Assembly: GCA_964400135.1 (NCBI GenBank)
Contig: CAYNSW010000006.1
Location: 41,989 to 105,988 of the forward strand
DNA from: an uncultured Rubrivivax sp.
GTDB lineage: Bacteria; Pseudomonadota; Gammaproteobacteria; Burkholderiales; Burkholderiaceae_C
Length of the DNA stretch: 64,000 nt
Reading direction: 5' to 3'
In this document: piece after piece, positions 40,079-49,265 of the stretch
How positions within the stretch are numbered: position 1 is the first letter of the stretch
Layout: each line of letters starts with the position of its first letter
The notes under the pieces: generated by a model
Database searches by the model: none
Told to the model about the DNA's origin: nothing
What the model saw: only the letters and a program-made list of their open reading frames with translations
Translations under genes and position numbers: made by a program

Positions 40079-40945
40079 ATGACGCAGGAGTGGCGGCAGT
40101 CGCCCACACCGCTGCAGTACTTTGCCTGCCTGGTGGCGGAGGATCCCATCCTGTCTTGGCTCGAGGCGGCAGCCAGCATCGCCCAAGACGAGACGCCGCA
40201 ATTGGACGTGGCTGACGTCTTGACTCAGGTTGACGCCATGGCCCAGCGACTGAAGCGGCGCATCCCTGCCGACGCCAGTGCCTTACAGCGTCTGCGGTTT
40301 TTGAACCGATTTTTCTTTCACGAGATGGGCTTTCAGGGCAACGTCAACGACTACTACGACGCGCGCAACAGCTACGTCCATGAAGTGCTGAATTCCCGGC
40401 GTGGCATTCCCATCACCCTGGCCTTGATCTATATCGAATTGGCCTCTCAGGTGGGTCTGGCTGCCCGGGGAATCAATTTTCCTGGGCACTTTCTCGTGAA
40501 GTTGAGAATGCCGCGCGGAGAGGTCATCCTCGACCCGTTTTCTGGCCAGTCCTTGTCGCGTGAGGACTTAGAAGAGCGGCTCGCACCCTACCGGCGCCAA
40601 CAGGGCTTGGTAGGCGACTTTGAGGTGCCCCTGGGCTTGTTCTTGCAAACGGCCTCGGCGCGCGACATCTTGGCTCGGCTGCTGCGCAATCTCAAAGAGA
40701 TTCATCGCACGGCTGAGGACTGGTCCCGGATGCTCGCGGTGCAAGAGCGCTTGGTGATCTTGCTGCCCGAATCCTGGGAAGAGCGCCGGGACCGCGGGTT
40801 GGCTTTGGCTGAAGTGGGCCTAGAGGACGAGGCAGCGCGCGACATCAGCGCCTACCTGGCCCACTGCGAGGATGCTGAGGACGCGGTGGCGCTGCGTATG
40901 CGTTTGGCCCAATGGCGCCGCACCGGCAGCCGGCGTTTGCATTGA
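40079..40945 (+). CDS. SirB1/YchA family (transglutaminase-like plus TPR) protein
   Basis: GFQGNVNDYYDARNSY, RRGIPITL, GINFPGHFL, RLLRNLK, ERRDRG; GAGGTG RBS. Confidence 0.9.
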   Translation: MTQEWRQSPTPLQYFACLVAEDPILSWLEAAASIAQDETPQLDVADVLTQVDAMAQRLKRRIPADASALQRLRFLNRFFFHEMGFQGNVNDYYDARNSYVHEVLNSRRGIPITLALIYIELASQVGLAARGINFPGHFLVKLRMPRGEVILDPFSGQSLSREDLEERLAPYRRQQGLVGDFEVPLGLFLQTASARDILARLLRNLKEIHRTAEDWSRMLAVQERLVILLPESWEERRDRGLALAEVGLEDEAARDISAYLAHCEDAEDAVALRMRLAQWRRTGSRRLH

Positions 40946-40965
40946 ATCTGGGGATACGGCTGGGC

Positions 40966-41637
40966 ATGAGGCAGGTTCCTTTGTCCCTGGCGCCTCAGCG
41001 AGGTGCGACGTTGGCCTCATTTCGGCCCGGCTCGAACGCGGCCGCCTTGGCCCACTTGCAAAGTGCTTGTCCCCCGCCAGCGGCGGTTTACCTGTGGGGC
41101 CCGACAGGGTGCGGCAAGACCCACCTGTTGCAAGCGGTGGCCCACGCATGCCATGCGGCAGGCTTGCTGGTCGGCCATTTCAGGGCCCTTGAGGGTGAGG
41201 CGCCGGAGTACGACCCGAGGTGGGCGCTTGTGATTCTGGATGATGTGCACACCCTCGACGCTCAGGCGCAACACGCGGCATTCGCCTGGCTCGTGCAGGC
41301 GCAGTCCCATGGCGCTACCTGGTTGGCGGCCGGACAGTATCCGCCCGTGGATTTGCCGTTGCGAGAGGACTTGCGCTCGCGTCTGGCTTGGGGGCATGTG
41401 TTTGCGCTGGAGCCTTTGGATGAGGCGCAAACGCGCAGCGTCTTGCGGCAAGAAGCTGACCGTCGCGGCATCTTCCTGTCTGACGATGTGATGGACTACC
41501 TGATGCACCGACTCGATCGCAATCTGTCATTTCTGATGCGGCTGCTGGATCGCCTGGATGAATTTGCCCTGTCCCAGCATCGGGCCGTCACGGTGCCGCT
41601 GCTGCGACAAATGCTCAGTGAAGAGGAGGGAGCGTGA
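40966..41637 (+). CDS. hda: DnaA regulatory inactivator Hda
   Basis: N-terminal QVPL clamp-binding-like motif, F.PG.N, YLWGPTGCGKTHLL, LDDV, DLRSRL.WG. Confidence 0.9.
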   Translation: MRQVPLSLAPQRGATLASFRPGSNAAALAHLQSACPPPAAVYLWGPTGCGKTHLLQAVAHACHAAGLLVGHFRALEGEAPEYDPRWALVILDDVHTLDAQAQHAAFAWLVQAQSHGATWLAAGQYPPVDLPLREDLRSRLAWGHVFALEPLDEAQTRSVLRQEADRRGIFLSDDVMDYLMHRLDRNLSFLMRLLDRLDEFALSQHRAVTVPLLRQMLSEEEGA

Positions 41638-42302
41638 ACCTTGCGCTCTTTGATCTCGACGGGACCCTGCTGCCCATCGATTCTGACCACGCCTTCGGTC
41701 AATTCATGGTCGATCTGGGCTGGGCCGACCCCCAGGCACATGCCCGGGCCAACGATCGGTTTTATCGTGACTATCAGGCCGGATGTTTGGACATACACGC
41801 CTACATCGACTTTGCGACCTCGGCTTTCAGAGAGCGGTCCTTGCAAGAGATTTCGCAAGCCTGTGCGCAGTTCATGCAACAGATCATCGCTCCAGCCCTG
41901 ACGGATGCGGCACGCGATCTGGTTGAGCGGCACCGCAGCGCGGGTGATCAGCTGGCGGTGGTCACGGCCACGAACGACCTGATCACCCGCCCTATCGCAC
42001 AGGCGTTTGGCGTACAGGTGCTCTTGGCCACCGAGTTGGAGCGAGCGCCAGATGGGCGGCCTACGGGCAGGGTTCAAGGGCAGGCCTCGCTTCAGCACGG
42101 TAAAGTCCAACGCGTGCAAGACTGGCTGGCCACGCAGGGGCTGACCCGCAGCGCCTTCGATTCCGTCACGTTCTACAGTGACTCCATCAACGATTTGCCG
42201 CTGTTGGAATGGGCAACCCATCCCGTGGCGACCAACCCCAGCGCTGCTCTGGCCGACATCGCTCAGCAACGGGGCTGGCCCGTCTTAAGGCTTTTTTCAT
42301 GA
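41634..42302 (+). CDS. HAD-IB family hydrolase
   Basis: LFDLDGTLL.IDSD, VTATN, GKV.RV, YSDS.ND.PLL; conserved hda-HAD-pcnB order. Confidence 0.9.
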   Translation: MNLALFDLDGTLLPIDSDHAFGQFMVDLGWADPQAHARANDRFYRDYQAGCLDIHAYIDFATSAFRERSLQEISQACAQFMQQIIAPALTDAARDLVERHRSAGDQLAVVTATNDLITRPIAQAFGVQVLLATELERAPDGRPTGRVQGQASLQHGKVQRVQDWLATQGLTRSAFDSVTFYSDSINDLPLLEWATHPVATNPSAALADIAQQRGWPVLRLFS

Positions 42303-43873
42303 TCCGCAAGCTCATCGACCGCCTCATGGGCAAGTCTGCTCCATCATCCCGGCCTACCTCGTTGGGTCGGCGCGTCGAGGTGGCCGCTTCGGAGCACGGC
42401 ATTGACCCCCAGCTGCTCGATGACCACGCGGTACGGGTGGTGCGCACCCTCAAAGAGGCAGGATTTGAGGCCTACATTGTGGGAGGCGCTGTCCGCGACT
42501 TATTGGTCGGTCGCCGGCCCAAGGATTTCGACGTGGCCACCAATGCCACCCCCGAACAGGTCAAAGGGCTCTTTCGCCGCGCCTTCATCATCGGTAGGCG
42601 GTTTCGAATCGTCCACGTGGTCTTTGGCCGAGGACGAGACCACGAGGTCATTGAGGTGTCCACTTTCCGAGCGCTGCTCGACGCTCAAGAGGCCCAGCAG
42701 GTCCAGGGCAATGAGCGCACCTCGCGAGATCAATTGGTGGGCCAACGGCATGCCGTGGATGCCAGCGGGCGTATCTTGCGCGACAACGTCTGGGGGCCCC
42801 AGGTGGAAGATGCGGCCCGGCGCGATTTCACCATCAATGCCATGTACTACGACCCTCTCACGCAGATCGTGGTGGACTATCACAAAGGACTGTCTGACCT
42901 GCGCAAACAAACGCTGCGCATGATCGGGGACCCGGCCACCCGCTACCGCGAAGATCCGGTTCGCATCTTGCGAGTGGTGCGATTTGCCGCGAAATTGGGC
43001 TTCAAGGTTGAACCCAAGACGGCCAAGCCCATCCGAGAGCTTGCACCCTTGTTGGCCAATGTGCCGGCTTCAAGACTCTTTGATGAGATGGTCAAGTTGT
43101 TGCAGACCGGACATGCCTTGGCCAGTCTCCAGGCTCTGCGCACCTATGGTTTGCATCGCGGCGTGTTTGCCGTACTCGATGCCGCCTTACCCGCCGAGGA
43201 AGGGTCGCCTGCCAGTCCTTCCCAACAAGAGGCGTTCATTCGCCGTGCCTTGGAAGACACGGACGAGCGTGTGGCCCAAGGGCGTGCGGTGGCCCCCAGC
43301 TTTTTGCTGGCTTGTTTGCTGTGGTTTGAGGTCCAGCAGCGCTGGGCGAGCTTGAAGTCTGCCGGAGAACCGGCATTTCCAGCATTGCAACAGGCCATCG
43401 ACGATGTGTTTGCACAGCGGGTGGGCGACATCTCGGGGCGTGGCAAGTTGGCGGCCGATATGCGCGACATTTGGATGATGCAGCCGCGCTTTGATCGCCG
43501 CACCCCCAGCGCCGCGCAGGCCTTGGTAGATCAACCCCGGTTCCGCGCGGGCTATGACTTTCTCAGGCTGCGCGCCGAGGTGGGAGAACTCGAGGTTGAA
43601 CTGGCCGACTGGTGGGAGGAGTTTTCCTTGGCCAGTGATGAGGACCGGTTGGTCCTGCTGCAGCAGGTGCGCACTTCGCCGGCATCTGCCACCTCGCGCA
43701 GGCGAGCACCCGCCACATCGGGGCACAGCCATCCCGACGATCCGGCCGCCGCTCCCGAGCGCAAGCGTCGTCGGCGCCGTCGCCGCACAGCTGCTGGGGC
43801 TGCGGCTGCCGCAGGCGAAGCGCCACAAGAGGGGGGGCCTGCGACGCGCGATGGCGGGCATTCCCCGTCGTGA
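42299..43873 (+). CDS. pcnB: Poly(A) polymerase I
   Basis: VGGAVRDLL, KDFDVATNA, IIGRRF.IVHV, RRDFTINA, EDPVR.LR, RFRAGYDF. Confidence 0.95.
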   Translation: MIRKLIDRLMGKSAPSSRPTSLGRRVEVAASEHGIDPQLLDDHAVRVVRTLKEAGFEAYIVGGAVRDLLVGRRPKDFDVATNATPEQVKGLFRRAFIIGRRFRIVHVVFGRGRDHEVIEVSTFRALLDAQEAQQVQGNERTSRDQLVGQRHAVDASGRILRDNVWGPQVEDAARRDFTINAMYYDPLTQIVVDYHKGLSDLRKQTLRMIGDPATRYREDPVRILRVVRFAAKLGFKVEPKTAKPIRELAPLLANVPASRLFDEMVKLLQTGHALASLQALRTYGLHRGVFAVLDAALPAEEGSPASPSQQEAFIRRALEDTDERVAQGRAVAPSFLLACLLWFEVQQRWASLKSAGEPAFPALQQAIDDVFAQRVGDISGRGKLAADMRDIWMMQPRFDRRTPSAAQALVDQPRFRAGYDFLRLRAEVGELEVELADWWEEFSLASDEDRLVLLQQVRTSPASATSRRRAPATSGHSHPDDPAAAPERKRRRRRRRTAAGAAAAAGEAPQEGGPATRDGGHSPS

Positions 43874-44367
43874 GCGCGCCCGGCCCCGAATGGGCCTATG
43901 TGGGCTTGGGAGCCAATCTCGGCCCGGCCGAGCAGACGATTGTCCAGGCGGTTGAGGCCTTGCGAGCCCATACGCACATCAGCGTAAACGCCTGTTCAAG
44001 CCTGTGGTGCAGCGCTGCGCAAGACGCAGCGGGCCCTCATTACTTCAATGCCGTTGTTCGGGTGCATACGCTTTTGTCGGCGCGCCAATTACTCGAACAG
44101 CTGCTCGCCCTGGAGCAGCAATACGGACGCTTGAGACCCTATCCCAATGCGCCACGGACCTTGGATCTGGACTTACTGTTGTATGACAACCTGGTGCTCA
44201 ATGCGCCAGACTTGACCCTGCCTCATCCGCGCATGCACTTGAGGGCCTTCGTCTTAGAGCCGCTGGCCGAAATTGATCCTGACTTGCACATCCCGCTGCG
44301 AGGGCCACTCGATCATTGGCGTGAGCAGGCGCGACACCAAATTCTTCACCGTGTGAGGTCCCTATGA
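43870..44367 (+). CDS. folK: 2-amino-4-hydroxy-6-hydroxymethyldihydropteridine diphosphokinase
   Basis: YVGLGANLG, YFNAV, PRTLDLDLL, LPHPRMHLRAFVL.PL. Confidence 0.95.
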   Translation: MSAPGPEWAYVGLGANLGPAEQTIVQAVEALRAHTHISVNACSSLWCSAAQDAAGPHYFNAVVRVHTLLSARQLLEQLLALEQQYGRLRPYPNAPRTLDLDLLLYDNLVLNAPDLTLPHPRMHLRAFVLEPLAEIDPDLHIPLRGPLDHWREQARHQILHRVRSL

Positions 44368-44726
44368 GTGCCTGGGCTTTCCCCACGATGCCGCTGTCCA
44401 CCATTGGGTTGCTGGTGGCGTCCAATGTCTTCATGACCTTTGCCTGGTACGGGCATCTGCGTGATTTATCGGCCAAGCCCTGGTGGGTGGCGGCTCTGGT
44501 CAGTTGGGGTATCGCACTGTTTGAGTACCTCCTGCAGGTGCCGGCCAACCGCATCGGCTATGCCGCAGGCGTCGACCTGGCGCAGCTCAAAGTGGTGCAG
44601 GAAGTCATCACTTTGGTGGTGTTTGTGCCCTTTGCTGTGCTGTGGATGGGTCAACCGCTGAAGTGGGATTACCTGTGGGCTGCCCTGTGCCTGGTAGGCG
44701 CGGTGTATTTCATCTTTCGGGCTTGA
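44364..44726 (+). CDS. DMT family protein (DUF486)
   Basis: SNVFMTFAWYGHL, SWGIALFEY.LQVPANRIG, QLKVVQEVITL; alternative start 44388. Confidence 0.88.
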   Translation: MSAWAFPTMPLSTIGLLVASNVFMTFAWYGHLRDLSAKPWWVAALVSWGIALFEYLLQVPANRIGYAAGVDLAQLKVVQEVITLVVFVPFAVLWMGQPLKWDYLWAALCLVGAVYFIFRA

Positions 44727-44783
44727 GTCTGGACCTCAGGATCGGCCCACCTAGAATGCGACTTCTGTTCAACCCGCAGGTCA

Positions 44784-45437
44784 ATGGGCATGATCTTTGG
44801 CAAATTACTGCCCCGTGCGGGCAATTTTTTCGAACTCTTCAATGAGCATGCCCAGCGTATAGGTCAAGGCGCGAGCGCCTTCATGTCCCTGGTGACCCAT
44901 TACAAAGATCTGGCCTTACGGGCCAAGTACGCCGCAGAGGTCGATGGTGCGGAGCGTGCGGCAGATCGGATCACCGCAGAGGTCAACCGGCTGTTGCACA
45001 AGACCTTCATCACGCCCATCGACCGTGAGCAGATATTGCAATTGATCAACGGCCTGGATGATGTGCTCGACCTGCTCCAAGATGCCACCGAGACTTTGTC
45101 GCTGTACGACGTCCAAACAATCACCGAGGAGGTGGTGCTTCTGGCTGAGATCAGTGTCAAGTGCTGTGAGCGCGTCCAGCATGCCGTGACCCTTTTGCCG
45201 CGCCTGAGCGACGCATCGGTTGCCGAGGCTGCGCTCAAGACCTGTGAAGAGATAGACCGGCTGGAATCTGACGCTGACCGTGTGATGCGCTCGGCGATGA
45301 GTCAACTGTTTCGCCAAGAGCCCGATGTACGGGAACTCATCAAGCTCAAGGCCATTTACGAACTTCTGGAATCCATCTCAGATCGCTGTGAAGATGTGGC
45401 CAATCTCATCGAAGGTGTAGTGCTCGAGAATTCTTGA
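44784..45437 (+). CDS. DUF47 (PhoU-like) phosphate transport regulator
   Basis: FF.LF, LHKTFITPIDRE, E..AD, YE.LE...D.CED; upstream of pit. Confidence 0.9.
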   Translation: MGMIFGKLLPRAGNFFELFNEHAQRIGQGASAFMSLVTHYKDLALRAKYAAEVDGAERAADRITAEVNRLLHKTFITPIDREQILQLINGLDDVLDLLQDATETLSLYDVQTITEEVVLLAEISVKCCERVQHAVTLLPRLSDASVAEAALKTCEEIDRLESDADRVMRSAMSQLFRQEPDVRELIKLKAIYELLESISDRCEDVANLIEGVVLENS

Positions 45438-45439
45438 TC

Positions 45440-46453
45440 ATGGAGATCGTGCCCGTCTCATTCTGGGTGGTCGTGGCCTTGGTGGCCTTGGCCCTGGCCT
45501 TTGACTTCATGAACGGCTTTCATGATGCGGCCAACTCGATTGCCACGGTAGTCTCCACTGGAGTACTCAAGCCGCTGCAAGCCGTTTTGTTTGCCGGCAT
45601 CTGCAACGTGGTGGCGATCTTCGTCTTCCAGCTCTCGGTGGCTGCCACGGTGGGCAAGGGTATCGTGGAGCCAGGTGTGGTCGACCATGTGGTGGTGTTT
45701 GGCGCGCTGGTGGGGGCTATTACCTGGAACATCATCACATGGTGGTACGGTATCCCGTCAAGTTCGTCGCACGCTTTGATAGGGGGAATCGTGGGGGCCG
45801 TTCTCGCCAAGGCGGGGGCCTCGCCTCTCATCGCCTCAGGCATTCTCAAGACGGTCGCGTTCATCTTGGTTTCTCCACTGCTGGGCTTCACGATGGGTTC
45901 ACTGCTCATGGTCGGCGTGGCGTGGTTGTGCAGACGGACATCACCTTTGAGGGTGGATAACGTGTTTCGGCGGCTGCAGTTGGTGTCTGCCGGTCTGTAT
46001 TCCCTAGGCCATGGCGGCAATGATGCCCAAAAGACCATTGGCATCATCTGGCTCTTGCTGATCGCCACCGGCCAAGTGGCCATCAGCGATCGGCAGCCCC
46101 CGGGCTGGGTGGTGTGGAGTTGCTACATCGCCATCGGTCTGGGCACGATGATGGGTGGCTGGCGCATTGTCAAGACCATGGGTCAGCGCATCACCAAGCT
46201 CAAGCCAGTGGGCGGGTTTTGCGCCGAGACCGGCGGGGCGGCCACGCTGTTTCTGGCCACTGGCCTGGGGGTGCCGGTGTCCACCACTCACACCATCACG
46301 GGCGCCATCGTCGGGGTCGGGTCGGTACGCAGTGCCTCAGCGGTTCGCTGGGGGGTGGCGGGCAACATCGTATGGGCCTGGATCTTCACCATTCCGGCCT
46401 CCGCTTTCATCGCGGCGGTGGCCTATGCGGCAGGGCTGGCCTGGTTGACCTGA
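45440..46453 (+). CDS. pit: Inorganic phosphate transporter (Pit)
   Basis: NGFHDAANSIAT, SSSHALIG, HGGNDAQK, PVSTTH. Confidence 0.93.
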   Translation: MEIVPVSFWVVVALVALALAFDFMNGFHDAANSIATVVSTGVLKPLQAVLFAGICNVVAIFVFQLSVAATVGKGIVEPGVVDHVVVFGALVGAITWNIITWWYGIPSSSSHALIGGIVGAVLAKAGASPLIASGILKTVAFILVSPLLGFTMGSLLMVGVAWLCRRTSPLRVDNVFRRLQLVSAGLYSLGHGGNDAQKTIGIIWLLLIATGQVAISDRQPPGWVVWSCYIAIGLGTMMGGWRIVKTMGQRITKLKPVGGFCAETGGAATLFLATGLGVPVSTTHTITGAIVGVGSVRSASAVRWGVAGNIVWAWIFTIPASAFIAAVAYAAGLAWLT

Positions 46454-46971
46454 ATCAGACCTGGTGTTGACAGCCGAGTGCGCAGTTGCCACTCAAAAAA
46501 CTTTTGACCACCAAAGGCAATGGTGCCCATGAGTACGGTGGCCCCGACGGCCAGGGCGACGATGGCTCCCAAGACGGGACCCCAGCGGGTGGTGCGAGTG
46601 GGATGTCCTGGGTTGCGCAAGGCATCCCACGCTTCATCTGGTCGCAAGGCATAGGCGATGGCGCAGGCCATGGACTGGGCGATCATCAGCCCAAGCACCG
46701 GGATCAGCAACCAGGCCCACGGGTCGTCCTGGCCAAAGGCTTGCATGCGCAGGACACCGGCCAGCCCCACCAGGCTCACGGGCAGATGCATCCAGGCCCA
46801 TACGTCGGCAAGTCCGTGCAGATAAAACCGGTGCAAGCCCAGTGTGCCGCCCAGAACGGCCAGCCAAGTGCTCAGGGTTTTGGACCGGTAGCGCCGCACC
46901 ATGCCTGGGGTGGCGATTTCGGCCGCGTGCGGGTGAGCCGGGCCCGTTGGTGGGGGGGATTGGGGGGGCAT
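46423..46971 (-). CDS. TM2/NINE domain membrane protein
   Basis: RSKTL.TWLA..GG.LGLHRFYL; convergent overlap with pit. Confidence 0.8.
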   Translation of the reverse strand: MPPQSPPPTGPAHPHAAEIATPGMVRRYRSKTLSTWLAVLGGTLGLHRFYLHGLADVWAWMHLPVSLVGLAGVLRMQAFGQDDPWAWLLIPVLGLMIAQSMACAIAYALRPDEAWDALRNPGHPTRTTRWGPVLGAIVALAVGATVLMGTIAFGGQKFFEWQLRTRLSTPGLIQVNQASPAA

Positions 46972-47002
46972 GGTCGGGTGAGGCCCGGTGGATCAAACGG
47001 GC

Positions 47003-47012
47003 ACTATATAAT
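47003..47012. promoter_or_regulatory. Overlapping divergent -10 elements (TATAAT for rpsP, TATAGT for the TM2 gene)
   Basis: actatataat followed by a GC-rich discriminator GCGCGG on the plus strand. Confidence 0.5.
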
Positions 47013-47164
47013 GCGCGGTTCGGCGACGGCCTGCTGTTGAAGCGGTGGGCGTATCTACGGCGCCGAGCCGTGGCGAGTGCTTGAGGGCGCTTGCCATCTT
47101 CGATTGCCTGCCCGGTGTGTCTCCTGGAGCGGCGGTCAACGACAGTTTTTTGAAGGTTTGCACC

Positions 47165-47422
47165 ATGGTCGTGATCAGGCTGGCACGTGGGGGCGCCAAA
47201 GGCCGCCCGTTTTACAACATCGTCGTGGCGGATCGCCGTGATCGGCGCGACGGCCGTTTCATCGAGCGTTTGGGGTTTTACAACCCCAAGGCGGCGGGCG
47301 CAGAGCAGCCCTTGCGCATTGCACTGGACCGTGTGGCGCATTGGACGAGCGTGGGCGCGCAGCTGTCCCCCACGGTCACCCGCCTGGTGGGTGAGGCCAA
47401 AAAGGCAGTGGCCGCAGCCTGA
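47165..47422 (+). CDS. rpsP: 30S ribosomal protein S16
   Basis: [36 protein letters not shown]. Confidence 0.97.
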   Translation: MVVIRLARGGAKGRPFYNIVVADRRDRRDGRFIERLGFYNPKAAGAEQPLRIALDRVAHWTSVGAQLSPTVTRLVGEAKKAVAAA

Positions 47423-47469
47423 GGCGGCCCGTCTGGGCCGCCAGTGGGCACCACGGGCACTGAACGCGA

Positions 47470-48045
47470 TTGGGTGACAGCGACCTGCCCTGGCCCGACG
47501 ATGCGGTTGAAGTCGGCCGCATCCTGGGCGCATGGGGCGTCAAGGGCTGGGTGAGGGTGCAGCCCTTTGCCAAAGAGCCCCAGGCCCTTTTTTCCTCCAA
47601 ACGCTGGTTCGCCAAGCCCGCAAAGCCGGGTTTGTTGGGCTCGGCTGCGGGTGAGTCGCTCTGCTTGCAGATCGTGCAGGCCAAAGAGCACCGCGACGAG
47701 GTGGTGGCCCAGGTTCGCGGGCTCGAAGACCGCGACGCGGCACAGGCCTTGCGAGGCTTGGCCTTGTTCATCTCGCGCAGCAGTTTCCCCACTCCCGAGA
47801 AAGACGAGTTCTATTGGGTTGACCTCATCGGCCTGACGGTGTCCAACCGCCAGCAGCAATGCCTGGGTCAAGTGGTGGGCCTGATCGAAACCGGGCCCCA
47901 CTGCGTCTTGCGGATCCGGCCTGCAGATGCGGGTGAGGATTTTCCTGAAGCTCACGAAACCCTCATCCCGTTTGTTCAGGCCTATGTGGATCATGTTGAT
48001 CTGGCGGACCGGCGAGTCTTGGTGGACTGGGTGCCGCAGGGGTAG
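47470..48045 (+). CDS. rimM: Ribosome maturation factor RimM
   Basis: VGRI.GAWGVKGWV, DEFYWVDLIG, LIPFV.AYV; operon position. Confidence 0.93.
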   Translation: MGDSDLPWPDDAVEVGRILGAWGVKGWVRVQPFAKEPQALFSSKRWFAKPAKPGLLGSAAGESLCLQIVQAKEHRDEVVAQVRGLEDRDAAQALRGLALFISRSSFPTPEKDEFYWVDLIGLTVSNRQQQCLGQVVGLIETGPHCVLRIRPADAGEDFPEAHETLIPFVQAYVDHVDLADRRVLVDWVPQG

Positions 48046-48053
48046 TGGTCGTG

Positions 48054-48809
48054 GTGCGTTTTGACATCATCACCTTGTTTCCCGACCTGTTTGCCCCCTT
48101 CCAAGAACAGGGCATCACCCGTCGGGCTTACGACAGCGGTCAATTGAATGTGCAACTGTGGCCCTTACGCGACTTTGCAGACGACGCGTACCGCCGTGTC
48201 GACGACCGCCCCTTTGGAGGTGGTCCGGGCATGGTCCTGTTGGCGCAGCCCTTGCAGCGTGCCTTGCAGGCGGCGTTGGCCCAACGCCAGGAAACCTCGC
48301 GTGTACCCGTGGTGCACTTCACACCAGGGGGTCGGCGCCTGGACCAAGCGTGGATAGAGCAGTTGGCCGGCAGTTCCGGCGCGATATTGCTGTGCGGCCG
48401 CTACGAGGGGGTCGACCAACGGGTCATCGACGAGTACGTGACCGACGAAATCAGTGCGGGAGACCTGATTCTCTCGGGGGGAGAGTTGCCCGCGCTCATG
48501 GTGCTTGATGCTGTGGCCAGACTGCAAGCGGGTGTGTTGACCGACGAGTCGGCGCAGCAGGAGAGCTTTTCGTCAGGGCTGGGGGGGTTGCTGGAAGGGC
48601 CTACTTACAGCCGGCCAGAAAAACTCCCCAATGGGCGCGGCGTGCCCGAAGTCTTGTTGTCAGGCCATCACGCCAGGATCGAGCGCTGGCGTCGAGAGCA
48701 GTCCTTGCGCATCAGCGCCCAGCGGCGTCCAGACCTGTTGGAGCAAGCTCGGCGGGCGGGCCGCCTGAGCGCCGAGGACGAGGCATTCTTGCGCTCGATC
48801 GGGCTATAA
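48054..48809 (+). CDS. trmD: tRNA (guanine37-N1)-methyltransferase
   Basis: RFDIITLFP, VDDRPFGGGPGMV, CGRYEGVD.R, LSGGE, VPEVLLSGHH; start among GTGs at 48045-48054. Confidence 0.96.
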   Translation: MRFDIITLFPDLFAPFQEQGITRRAYDSGQLNVQLWPLRDFADDAYRRVDDRPFGGGPGMVLLAQPLQRALQAALAQRQETSRVPVVHFTPGGRRLDQAWIEQLAGSSGAILLCGRYEGVDQRVIDEYVTDEISAGDLILSGGELPALMVLDAVARLQAGVLTDESAQQESFSSGLGGLLEGPTYSRPEKLPNGRGVPEVLLSGHHARIERWRREQSLRISAQRRPDLLEQARRAGRLSAEDEAFLRSIGL

Positions 48810-48889
48810 TGTGGGGTTTTGCGATCCTCTGGCGGGGCCACAACGGCTTTTGACAATCACCCCGTGCACGATCGCCAAGTGGAGTTTTC

Positions 48890-49243
48890 ATGGACCTGAT
48901 CCGCACCCTCGAATCCGAGGAAATGGCCCGTTTGGGCCGCAAGCACCCGAGTTTTGCGCCAGGCGACACGGTGGTGGTCAACGTTAACGTGGTCGAAGGC
49001 ACGCGCAAGCGCGTCCAGGCCTACGAGGGCGTGGTCATTGCCAAACGCAATCGCGGGCTGAATTCCAGCTTCATCGTGCGCAAGATCTCCAGTGGCGAAG
49101 GGGTGGAGCGTACGTTTCAGCTCTACAGCCCGCTCATTGCCAGCATCGAGGTCAAGCGCCGCGGCGACGTGCGCCGAGCCAAGCTGTACTTCCTGCGTGA
49201 GCGCAGCGGCAAGTCAGCCCGTATCAAGGCCAAGCTCGACTGA
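48890..49243 (+). CDS. rplS: 50S ribosomal protein L19
   Basis: [39 protein letters not shown]. Confidence 0.97.
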   Translation: MDLIRTLESEEMARLGRKHPSFAPGDTVVVNVNVVEGTRKRVQAYEGVVIAKRNRGLNSSFIVRKISSGEGVERTFQLYSPLIASIEVKRRGDVRRAKLYFLRERSGKSARIKAKLD

Positions 49244-49265
49244 GTCCGGCCCGGATTCGGTCGTT

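Noticed and set aside
43760-43790. Arg-run (RKRRRRRRRT) in PcnB as a repeat element
   Set aside because: Basic disordered C-terminal tails are usual in poly(A) polymerase I; the codons are mixed, so it is not a tandem DNA repeat
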